NCBI GenBank assembly: GCA_050260915.1
Contig: JBLNCT010000114.1
Span: 3,220 to 67,219 of the forward strand
DNA from: Parcubacteria group bacterium
GTDB taxonomy: Bacteria; Pseudomonadota; Alphaproteobacteria; Caulobacterales; Caulobacteraceae
Direction of reading: 5' to 3'
DNA: 64,000 bases
The notes below the pieces were generated by a model, which made no database searches, was not told the origin of the DNA, and saw only the letters and a program-made list of their open reading frames with translations. This document shows positions 36,970-44,792 of the stretch, piece by piece. How positions within the stretch are numbered: the stretch's first letter is position 1; each line of letters starts with the position of its first letter. Made by a program: the position numbers and the translations under genes.

Positions 36970-37740
36970 ATGGACGTATCACGCGGTGAAAAACTAAAGG
37001 GCCTTCTCGACGCCTGGCAGCCGGGGACAGTGGCGACCACCGCTTGGCTGAGACGCCTGGGCGTGTCGCCTCAGCACGCCCATGGATATGTCTCCGGCCG
37101 CTGGCTTGAGCCGGTGGCGAACGGTGTATTCAAGCGGCCCAGCGAGACCCTGACCTGGCAAGGTGCGCTCCATAGCCTGCAGTCGCAGCTCGACCTCCAG
37201 GTCCACGTCGGCGCGCTGACCGCCCTCGCGGCAGATGGGTCCGCCCACTATGTGCGGCTTGGGCGCGAAGTCGTCTTCCTCTTTTCGAAGACCGGCGTAA
37301 TCCTGCCCGCCTGGTTCAAGGCCTATGACTGGCCGGTCGCCCTCCGACATACGCAGACGCAATTCCTTCCGCCCGGCCTGGGTGTGAGAGACGCGATGAT
37401 GGGCGGGTTCAGCCTCAGGGCGTCGACGCCCGAGCGGGCCATCCTTGAATGCCTGCACCTGGCGCCGCAGGCGGTCGATCTGGTGGAAGCCTATCAGGTG
37501 CTGGAAGGCCTTCGGTCGCTGCGCCCCGCGCTGATGCAGTCGCTGCTGGACGCCTGCGCCTCGATCAAGGTCAAGCGCCTCTTCCTCTTCATGGCGGAGA
37601 AGGCGGCCTTGCCGGTGCTTCCGCATCTTCGCACCGAAGGGCTCGATCTCGGAATCGGCGACCGCGCCCTGGTGAAGGGGGGCGTCTATGTCGCCCGACA
37701 TCGCTTGGTCTTGCCCAGGGAATTGGCCGACCATGAATAA
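36970..37740 (+). CDS. abiEi: Type IV TA antitoxin AbiEi
   Basis: N-terminal wHTH (WLRRLGVS..YVSGRWLE...GVF), STPERAILE, CASIKVKRLFL. Confidence 0.87.
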   Translation: MDVSRGEKLKGLLDAWQPGTVATTAWLRRLGVSPQHAHGYVSGRWLEPVANGVFKRPSETLTWQGALHSLQSQLDLQVHVGALTALAADGSAHYVRLGREVVFLFSKTGVILPAWFKAYDWPVALRHTQTQFLPPGLGVRDAMMGGFSLRASTPERAILECLHLAPQAVDLVEAYQVLEGLRSLRPALMQSLLDACASIKVKRLFLFMAEKAALPVLPHLRTEGLDLGIGDRALVKGGVYVARHRLVLPRELADHE

Positions 37741-38653
37741 CGCCTACCGCGACCAGGTGCGCCTGTTGCTCGATGTCCTTCCCCTCGTCGCCGAGGAGAA
37801 GGCCTTCGCCCTGAAGGGCGGGACGGCGATCAACCTCTTCGAGCGCGACCTCCCCCGGCTCTCCGTCGATATCGACTTGACCTACCTGCCGTTCGACGCG
37901 CGTGAGCCTGCCCTAACTGGGATCTCGGAAGCGCTCCAGCGGGTCAAGGCCCGCATCGAAAGGACGGTCGCCAACACGCGGGTGACGCTCGTCGGGCAAG
38001 CGGGCGAGCTCGAAGCCAAGCTGCACTGCCAGCGCGGGCGAGTGCAGATCAAGGTCGAGGTCAACCCGACCCTGCGGGGCCATCTCCTGCCGACGCGCCT
38101 TCTCGCCTGCACGCCGCGAGTGCAGGAAGAATTCGAAGTGTTTGTCGAGACGCCGGTGGTCTCGCACGGCGAACTGTTCGGCGGAAAGATTTGCGCGGCG
38201 CTCGACCGCCAGCATCCGCGCGACCTGTTCGACGTCCATCTGCTCCTGGATGCCGAGGGCGTAACCGACGAGGTCAGGCTGGGCTTCATCGCTGCGCTCC
38301 TTGGCCACGGCCGCCCGATCAATGAATTGCTGGGGCCTACGCCCAAGGACCAGCGGCAGGCCTTCGACGGCCAGTTCGCCGGCATGGCGTTCATCGATTT
38401 CAGCTACGACGACCATGCGGCGACGCTGATGCGCCTTGTCGAGGCCATAACGGCCTCGCTGACCGCCGAGGACAAGGCCTTCCTGCTTGCTTTCAAGGCC
38501 GGGGAGCCAGACTGGACGCTGTTCCCTCTGGCCGACGCCGCCAAGCTGCCGGCCGTGCAATGGAAGCTCGGCAACCTGCGGAAGCTAAAGGCCGGCAACC
38601 CCGCCAAACACGCGCAAAGTCTCAAGGCGCTGGAGCATGTGTGGAGTCGCTAG
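37733..38653 (+). CDS. abiEii: Type IV TA toxin AbiEii (nucleotidyltransferase)
   Basis: Start ATG 37733; ALKGGTAINLF..RLSVDIDL, GGKICAALDRQHPRDLFD. Confidence 0.92.
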   Translation: MNNAYRDQVRLLLDVLPLVAEEKAFALKGGTAINLFERDLPRLSVDIDLTYLPFDAREPALTGISEALQRVKARIERTVANTRVTLVGQAGELEAKLHCQRGRVQIKVEVNPTLRGHLLPTRLLACTPRVQEEFEVFVETPVVSHGELFGGKICAALDRQHPRDLFDVHLLLDAEGVTDEVRLGFIAALLGHGRPINELLGPTPKDQRQAFDGQFAGMAFIDFSYDDHAATLMRLVEAITASLTAEDKAFLLAFKAGEPDWTLFPLADAAKLPAVQWKLGNLRKLKAGNPAKHAQSLKALEHVWSR

Positions 38654-38909
38654 GGGTTGTTGCTCAGGCCATGCCGGCGCAGCTCGCCGGCGACCCGGTA
38701 CGTTTCCTCGAAACCGCCACCGTCTCACGCGGCCGACCGGAGCTTGGCGGGGCCGTAGGTGTGGCGGTTCGACCCATGCGCGCATGCACGAGAACCATCA
38801 TCCCGTTCACGGAATTTCTGGCCGATCTTGTCGGCAAGCCAGCCCGCCCGCCGGCGCCTTGAGCGGCGCGCCGCCGCCGCCGAACGTGAGCACCCACCCG
38901 CCCCTTCCA

Positions 38910-39170
38910 TCAGCTGATGGAGCGAGCTTCTTGGGGTCTGGCGGGTAGCACGCGATCTAGCCCTGGGTCGGAGGTGGACGACTTGGCGCCGCGGTCCACC
39001 CAATGCTGCAGATCGTTGATCGAGTAGACTACCCGCCCCCCGATCTTTCGATAGGTCGGGCCGGTTCCATAGGTCCGGTGCTTTTCGAGGGTGCGGCCAG
39101 AAAGGCCGAGGAATCGGCCCGCCTCCGAGGTCCGAAGTAGGCGGGGCGGCATGGGAGCACCTTCAAACAT
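38910..39170 (-). CDS. AlpA/excisionase-like HTH DNA-binding protein of the island
   Basis: PPRLLRTSEAGRFLGLSGRTLEKHRTYGTGPTYRKIGGRVVY is typical of ICE backbone HTH proteins. Confidence 0.88.
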   Translation of the reverse strand: MFEGAPMPPRLLRTSEAGRFLGLSGRTLEKHRTYGTGPTYRKIGGRVVYSINDLQHWVDRGAKSSTSDPGLDRVLPARPQEARSIS

Positions 39171-39410
39171 GACAACTTCTCCGCTGGCTGCCCTTAGGAC
39201 GCCGCACGGTGCGCGCGTAGAGCAGCATGCGACTCAGCTATCCACGCGAAAAACTGGCAGGAAATGCGTAACCCTACTCGCCGGGCCAGGGCGGCGGCCC
39301 CGCCGGTCCCTCCTTTCCCCTCGCGGGAGATCAGGCCGGACATCTTGTTGTTTTACATAGGAAAACGCAACGAGTTTTGGCCTGTGTAGCGCCTGTGTAG
39401 GCTGTTGCGG

Positions 39411-40031
39411 CTAGCCCCATAGGCCGGCCCATGGCTTCACGTGGGCCCACCATTCGACCGGCGTTAGGATGCGAAGTGGAAGCTGCTGTAGGCGCTCGCG
39501 CTTGCGTACGATGGTGCGCCGATCGCAAGTGCAGAAGACATCGCAGCCGAAGCCAACGGCATTTCCGATGAGCTCTCGGTCAGCCAGGCCTGGCAGAGCC
39601 GAGACGAATGGCGCATCCACGAGCCTCCGGCCGAAGGTTGCGGCAAACGCGCTATTCTCGTCCGGCAGTTCCACCAGTTGGACCGCATAGGCGAGAAGCT
39701 CGTCTCTTGTGTCGGGGTCTGGCGTTTGGTCGATCTCGTCGAGGGTCTTGCGCGAGGCTAGGATGTCCCAGCTGGCGCGGGCGCCGACGTGGAACACGTG
39801 CATCAGCGCCTCGGTATCGACCGCGGTGGTGTGGTCGAGCTCGCTGGAAATTGTCGCCTGTGCGAAGATTTGCTCGCTGTGCTTCACCAGCAGGTTCACG
39901 ACGTTTGTGTCCAGGAAGACGCGGCGTGGAATGCTCTCGAACGGATACTGCGCGCAATCGTCACTGTGCTGCTGCTGGCTCCGGTAGAGCACCCATTTCC
40001 GACGGCCGGGATCCCAGTGCTCAAGGCCCAT
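39411..40031 (-). CDS. PIN-domain-like protein
   Basis: VFLDTN first-strand Asp, D..L...A....CD.F.TCD terminal motif; strong RBS aggagagg. Confidence 0.65.
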   Translation of the reverse strand: MGLEHWDPGRRKWVLYRSQQQHSDDCAQYPFESIPRRVFLDTNVVNLLVKHSEQIFAQATISSELDHTTAVDTEALMHVFHVGARASWDILASRKTLDEIDQTPDPDTRDELLAYAVQLVELPDENSAFAATFGRRLVDAPFVSALPGLADRELIGNAVGFGCDVFCTCDRRTIVRKRERLQQLPLRILTPVEWWAHVKPWAGLWG

Positions 40032-40092
40032 TGCAGATGTCCTCTCCTGGCCGTGTACAAGCCTCGGTGTGACCCATGTGCTGACCGATCAA

Positions 40093-41091
40093 CTACTCGG
40101 AAGCGAGCGGCTTGGACTGCCACAGGTCCCACCACTCAGGATCATCTCTTTGGACCTTGAGAAGCAGACTGGCGTTCACTCGAATTTCCGGATCAAACGC
40201 TTCGCCGTCCGCAATGTCTCGCAAGATTCGGAGGCCATCAGGTAGGTTTGGGATGATGGCGAAGAGCCCGTTTCCTCGCTCGCCGCGCTCGAAGTTGCGG
40301 TCTTGAACGAACCCGAGCAGCGCGACGACCTCGGTCTTGCCGAATTCCAGGATCGCTCGCTGGGCGGGAAACCTGATCGACGACGGGACCTCATCCGAGA
40401 AATAGCCTTCGTCCGGGTGGCCCATAATCCGCACCAAACCAAGGAAGACGCCTAACGAACAGCTGGCACGCCGTTCGCGAAACAGCCGGAGGATGAGGTC
40501 CCAGGCGGTGGCTTCGCGCCGGAACCTCGCCAGCAAGGTTCGGACACCGAGATCGTGCGTATCCGGGTCCCTATCGCTTGCCCAAGCCAGGGCGGTGGCA
40601 AGGTCGATACGCGGGGGTTGGCCAAGCAAGGCAGGCAAGAGCACCTGCGGGAACCGCTCATGATCGAACCGATTCCAGTCGGATTTCCGGAACGTGACCG
40701 TCGCCGGACGGTCGTCGGCGCGATGGGTGGCCTTTGCCTCGGCCTGTAGGTCAACCCACCACGCCGAGTTTGCCGTAGGATCGTAGACGACGCCGATGGT
40801 GGTGAGGTCGTGCCGGGCCCAGAAGCGAAGCTGCGGCCGAGTCGCAGGCACACGACATGTCCCTTTGGTGCAGAAACTGGCTCCAGCCTTGATCTGTAGG
40901 GCGATCTCCTTGGCTGTAACCTGCTCGCCATCCACCAAAAGGGCGAAGGCATCGTGGCCATAGTCGTGAGCCCGATCGATCTCCTTGAAGACGGAGTTCG
41001 CCGTTTCAACGACCGAACGCACAAAGGCGACGCCCTGGCGCTCCATGGCGTTTGTACGGCGCCGGATCGGCATTCCGGGCCGATCCGTCAT
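40093..41091 (-). CDS. DUF4365-domain (PD-(D/E)XK-like) protein with unknown helical C-terminal domain
   Basis: E..GV..V, DYGHD, IALQIKAG motifs; start probably ATG 41091 (ORF track 41232). Confidence 0.7.
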   Translation of the reverse strand: MTDRPGMPIRRRTNAMERQGVAFVRSVVETANSVFKEIDRAHDYGHDAFALLVDGEQVTAKEIALQIKAGASFCTKGTCRVPATRPQLRFWARHDLTTIGVVYDPTANSAWWVDLQAEAKATHRADDRPATVTFRKSDWNRFDHERFPQVLLPALLGQPPRIDLATALAWASDRDPDTHDLGVRTLLARFRREATAWDLILRLFRERRASCSLGVFLGLVRIMGHPDEGYFSDEVPSSIRFPAQRAILEFGKTEVVALLGFVQDRNFERGERGNGLFAIIPNLPDGLRILRDIADGEAFDPEIRVNASLLLKVQRDDPEWWDLWQSKPLASE

Positions 41092-41274
41092 TTCGCTCCC
41101 GGTCTCCGGTGCTGCCGAGGCTTCCTGTACTGCCGTCTGACCGTGATCATTTCTTATCCTTATCCCTGAGCAGCAGTGTGGCTTCCCTTGGCCTCGCTTC
41201 AAAGAGGCGGTTGCCCTTGTCTTGTGAAGCATCCGACCGTACTTTGACCGAATATAAGGTCAAAGGAGCGGCGC

Positions 41275-41712
41275 ATGACGCAAGCGGTGAAGAAGGCGAC
41301 GAGCAGGACGGGCCCTCGGCCGGCGCGCGAGGTTGTCCGTTCGCGTGCTCATGGCCGGCTTTCGATCGCCAGTCTGATAGACGAGCGCGGCACCGTGAAG
41401 GTTGATGACGTGGCCGATGCTTTCGCAATGTCCAAAGCACAGTTGGCGGAGACCGCCGGGCTCGCCCGCGAAGTGTTCCAGAAGGCTAGCCGCCGCAGTG
41501 GACCCAAGGCGCAAACTCGCGTTCGCGAGATGCTGGAGATCATTAGCCTCGTGCAAGGCTGGGCCGGCGGACCCGCACAGGCGATGGCTTGGTACAGGGC
41601 CGAACCAATCCCGGCATTCGGAGGGCGCACGGCTGAGGCCCTCGTTAAGTCGGGGCAGGCCGGCGCGGTGCGCGACTATGTCGACCACCTGGCAACCGGC
41701 GGCTACGCTTGA
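41275..41712 (+). CDS. Xre/MbcA/ParS-type antitoxin (DUF2384 C-terminal)
   Basis: AMAWYRAEPIPAFGGRTAEALV..G....V.DY motif; lies directly upstream of RES. Confidence 0.88.
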   Translation: MTQAVKKATSRTGPRPAREVVRSRAHGRLSIASLIDERGTVKVDDVADAFAMSKAQLAETAGLAREVFQKASRRSGPKAQTRVREMLEIISLVQGWAGGPAQAMAWYRAEPIPAFGGRTAEALVKSGQAGAVRDYVDHLATGGYA

Positions 41713-42227
41713 GGTTCACGGGCGAGTGCTTTCGTGCACACGACCCGAATTGGTCCTGGACACCGCTCTCGGGGGCGGGCGCTGCCCTCAAGGGGCGGCG
41801 TTTCAACTGGCCAGGCCTTGAAACGCTCTATCTATCGCTCAGCTACCACACCGTGTTTCGCGAGGTTTCGGGTGGGTTCGCGCATCGGCTGACGCCCTAT
41901 GTCCTGTGCAGCTATGACATGGACTGCGAGGACATTGCGGATCTCCGAACGGACGCCGAGCGGGCGGCCTTTGGCATCTCTCTCTCCGACCTGAGCTGCG
42001 CCTGGGGAGAAGCCTTGGCCACTGGTCGCGAGCCCGCGTCTTGGGCGGTCGTCCGCCGGCTGCTCACCGAAGGGCATGCCGGGATCCTCGTGCCGAGTTT
42101 TGCCGCCGGGGCGACGGTCGATGATCAGAACCTCGTGCTTTGGCGGTGGGGCCCCGACCTGCCGCACAAGGTCACCGCCTATGACCCGACCGGCAAGCTG
42201 CCGAAGAACCAACTTTCTTGGACATGA
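41709..42227 (+). CDS. RES-domain toxin (NAD+ phosphorylase type)
   Basis: R(AH), GRRFN, LYLS..E, GILVPSFA..NLVLW; 4-nt overlap with the antitoxin. Confidence 0.88.
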   Translation: MRFTGECFRAHDPNWSWTPLSGAGAALKGRRFNWPGLETLYLSLSYHTVFREVSGGFAHRLTPYVLCSYDMDCEDIADLRTDAERAAFGISLSDLSCAWGEALATGREPASWAVVRRLLTEGHAGILVPSFAAGATVDDQNLVLWRWGPDLPHKVTAYDPTGKLPKNQLSWT

Positions 42228-42236
42228 CCCCGCGCC

Positions 42237-44048
42237 TTGAGCCCGCCGGGTCGGATCGGTAGCCCCGTGGCGATAAGCCCCCTTCTCAACTTTGTTCGAC
42301 GCAATCGCGCCGCCATCCTTCAGGCGAGCGGCGGCGCGACGAACTTCTGTTTGGCGCTCGTGGCGGAACGACGGGATGACCTGCTCGTTGGCGAGGCCCT
42401 CGATCTTCTCGCCTCGCTCGCCGCTGACGAGCGGGAGTACGCTATCTCCAGCGCCTACGCCCTGCTGATCGGGGCCGACCGCCGTAAGCTTCTCTCGGCC
42501 TATTTTACGCCGCCGATCCTGGCCGAGGCCGCCTTGCAGGCGGCAGACCAATTCCTGGGCGGAGCCTCTCCCGCCGTGCTGGATCCCGCGTGTGGCGGCG
42601 GCGCGTTTCTCGCCCCGGTCGCCCAGCGCTTGGCCGCTGCCAAGGTCGCCCAGGGGATGCCTGCGGGGAAGGCCGTCAAGCAGGCGTTGCGCGGCCTCAA
42701 GGGGATCGAACTCGATCCAGGCTTGGCGAGTCTTTCGCAGGCGCTGCTGAAGGCGATGATCCTCCGCCGCTTTGGCGTGAGCGCAGATTGCCGTGTCGTC
42801 CAGACCAAGAATGCGCTCTCGGTCGCTCCCAGGCCGATCTTCGATCTCGTGATCGGCAATCCCCCCTACGGCCGCGTCGCCGGGCGGGTGAGTGAGGCGT
42901 TGCTGACAGGCGCGGGCCGGGCGAACCTCGGCGGCCACACGAACCTCTACGGCTTGTTCCTGCTGCGGGGCCTTGAATGGTTGAAGCCCGGCGGAGGCCT
43001 CGTTTTTGTCCTCCCGACCAGCTTCGTCGCCGGCCCCTACTTCAGCGGCTTGCGCCATGAGGTCCTCCAGAAGGCGGAGGTCCTCCGCATCGACGTGCAC
43101 GAGCAGAGGGACGACCTCTTCGTCGATGCCGTCCAGGACGTATGCTTGCTCACGCTGCGTCGCAGGCAGGAAGCCATCGAACCGACGGCTGGTCCTGCGC
43201 ACGCTTACGAAATGGGACTTATTGACAGCCGTGGGGTCCGGCGACCGCTCGGGTGCGCCGAAGCAACCCCCGATGGCGAGCCTTGGATGCTGCCGAATGC
43301 GTTCTCGGCGGCGACCACCCAGAAGCTCAAGCTAATCTCCTCCGGCGTCCGGCCAACAGTCCTGGCTGACTACGGCTATGGCCTACGGGTGGGTAAGGTT
43401 GTTCCCACCCGCGAGCGCGATCACCTGCGGCTGAAGCCCGGCGACGGGCTCCTGCCGCTGCTCTGGGCGTCAGAAGCGAGGCCCGATGGCAGCTTCGCCT
43501 TTGCCAATGGCAAGCGGAGCAAGCTCGCCTCCTGGTATGCGCCGCCCGCTGGGGGCGCTGCCTATGTCACCAAGTGGCCAGCGGTCATTGTTCAACGGAC
43601 GAGCAATCGGGACCAAAAGCGACGGCTGAACGCCGCTGCGGTGCCGCCGGCCTTCTATCGAGAGTACGCGCCGCGAGGTTTCGTGGCGGAAAACCACGTG
43701 ATCGTGCTGGAGGCGCTGACGGAGACGCCGTTGGTCACCCCTTCTGTCCTGGCAGCACTCCTCAACTCAGCCCCGGTGAACGAGCGCTTCTCCGCAGTTT
43801 CAGGGAGCTTCAGCGTGTCCGCAAAATTGCTAGCCCGGCTGGCACTGCCGCCGGCCGGCGCCCTTCCCACCCTGGTGACCACGAACTTCGATGAGCTTGT
43901 GCGCGCGGCTTTGGACTCGGTGGCCGGGGTACTCGCCACCTTAGAGCCGTCGGGCGATCCGCAGGACGCCGTCGACCAGGCGCGCGACCTGAGCAGCCCC
44001 GCGGCCGTCGACGAGGAGGCCGGCCTCGAGCGACGTGCCATCACCTAG
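42237..44048 (+). CDS. N6-adenine DNA methyltransferase (Eco57I/PstI/BsuBI-like, gamma class) without an adjacent restriction endonuclease
   Basis: YFTP, LDPACGGGAFL (motif I), VIGNPPY (motif IV), NLY..F...L..LKPGG....VLPTSF, C-terminal ENHV..LLNS target-recognition region. Confidence 0.9.
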   Translation: MSPPGRIGSPVAISPLLNFVRRNRAAILQASGGATNFCLALVAERRDDLLVGEALDLLASLAADEREYAISSAYALLIGADRRKLLSAYFTPPILAEAALQAADQFLGGASPAVLDPACGGGAFLAPVAQRLAAAKVAQGMPAGKAVKQALRGLKGIELDPGLASLSQALLKAMILRRFGVSADCRVVQTKNALSVAPRPIFDLVIGNPPYGRVAGRVSEALLTGAGRANLGGHTNLYGLFLLRGLEWLKPGGGLVFVLPTSFVAGPYFSGLRHEVLQKAEVLRIDVHEQRDDLFVDAVQDVCLLTLRRRQEAIEPTAGPAHAYEMGLIDSRGVRRPLGCAEATPDGEPWMLPNAFSAATTQKLKLISSGVRPTVLADYGYGLRVGKVVPTRERDHLRLKPGDGLLPLLWASEARPDGSFAFANGKRSKLASWYAPPAGGAAYVTKWPAVIVQRTSNRDQKRRLNAAAVPPAFYREYAPRGFVAENHVIVLEALTETPLVTPSVLAALLNSAPVNERFSAVSGSFSVSAKLLARLALPPAGALPTLVTTNFDELVRAALDSVAGVLATLEPSGDPQDAVDQARDLSSPAAVDEEAGLERRAIT

Positions 44049-44792
44049 GCCGAGGACGTTGGCTGAGCCGACATAGGCAAGGCTCTCGTCGGCGAGCAGC
44101 AGCTTGGCGTGAAAGGTTTCGATCGGCAACACGCGGCCGCTGCTGCGCGGATGCGGGAGGTGATAGTCGAAGACGCAGACGTTCAGGTCCCGCAACCAAT
44201 CGCGGTGCTCGACCGACAGGTCCACAGCGTGCTGTTCGATGTCGCGCAGCACCACATAGCGCTCCACGCCAGGCCGCACGGCGGTGAGCACAGCGCGCAA
44301 CCATTGGAATCCGTCCCGATCAATGAAGGGGGTCATCACCACAAGCCGATGGCTGGCGGCTTGCGCCAGGCGCAAAAAGGCGGCCGGCGTACTGAGATAG
44401 CCGCCCGGTCGACCAGGCGAGCTCGCCAGCTCTTGGGCCAAGCGGCTAGGCGCCATCGGCATTGTGACGACGAACTCTGACGATGAGGCATCCATTCTCA
44501 GCCGCCGGAAGTGGTCCGCGCCGCGAAGCATCTGCGCCAACCGTTGCAGTTCGGCCGCAGCCAAGGGCGATTGCCAGTCCGCGCCATCGTCCGATCCGAC
44601 ACACACGCCCGCCGCCGCCAAGCCAGCGAGAACCGCTGCCGCGTCTCCTGGATCCACGCCGGCCGCCGCCGCCGCACAGATGCTGTCGGCGGACCAGACT
44701 CCATCGCCCAGGCTGGCGAGGCCTTCCAGCAACTGCGCGGCCATCCCGGGCCAAGGGACGGCGCAGCGAATCACATCCGCGTCGCTGGCCAT
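43941..44792 (-). CDS. drmC: Phospholipase D-family nuclease, DISARM DrmC-like
   Basis: HAKLLLAD..AYVGSAN (HKD motif), single PLD domain; TGATG coupling to drmB. Confidence 0.8.
   Translation of the reverse strand: MASDADVIRCAVPWPGMAAQLLEGLASLGDGVWSADSICAAAAAGVDPGDAAAVLAGLAAAGVCVGSDDGADWQSPLAAAELQRLAQMLRGADHFRRLRMDASSSEFVVTMPMAPSRLAQELASSPGRPGGYLSTPAAFLRLAQAASHRLVVMTPFIDRDGFQWLRAVLTAVRPGVERYVVLRDIEQHAVDLSVEHRDWLRDLNVCVFDYHLPHPRSSGRVLPIETFHAKLLLADESLAYVGSANVLGLGDGTSLEAGLLVDGRGAAQVARLVDGVLRIARRL

Noticed and set aside
38654-38909. Possible remnant of a replication initiator downstream of the AlpA-like gene
   Set aside because: No frame shows recognisable RepA motifs; a pseudogene call cannot be supported.
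42237-44048. Calling the methyltransferase a type IIG fused restriction-modification enzyme or DrmMI
   Set aside because: At about 600 aa it has no N-terminal PD-(D/E)XK region before motif I that I can recognise, and it looks shorter than the class 1 DrmMI proteins I recall; left as an orphan gamma-class MTase.
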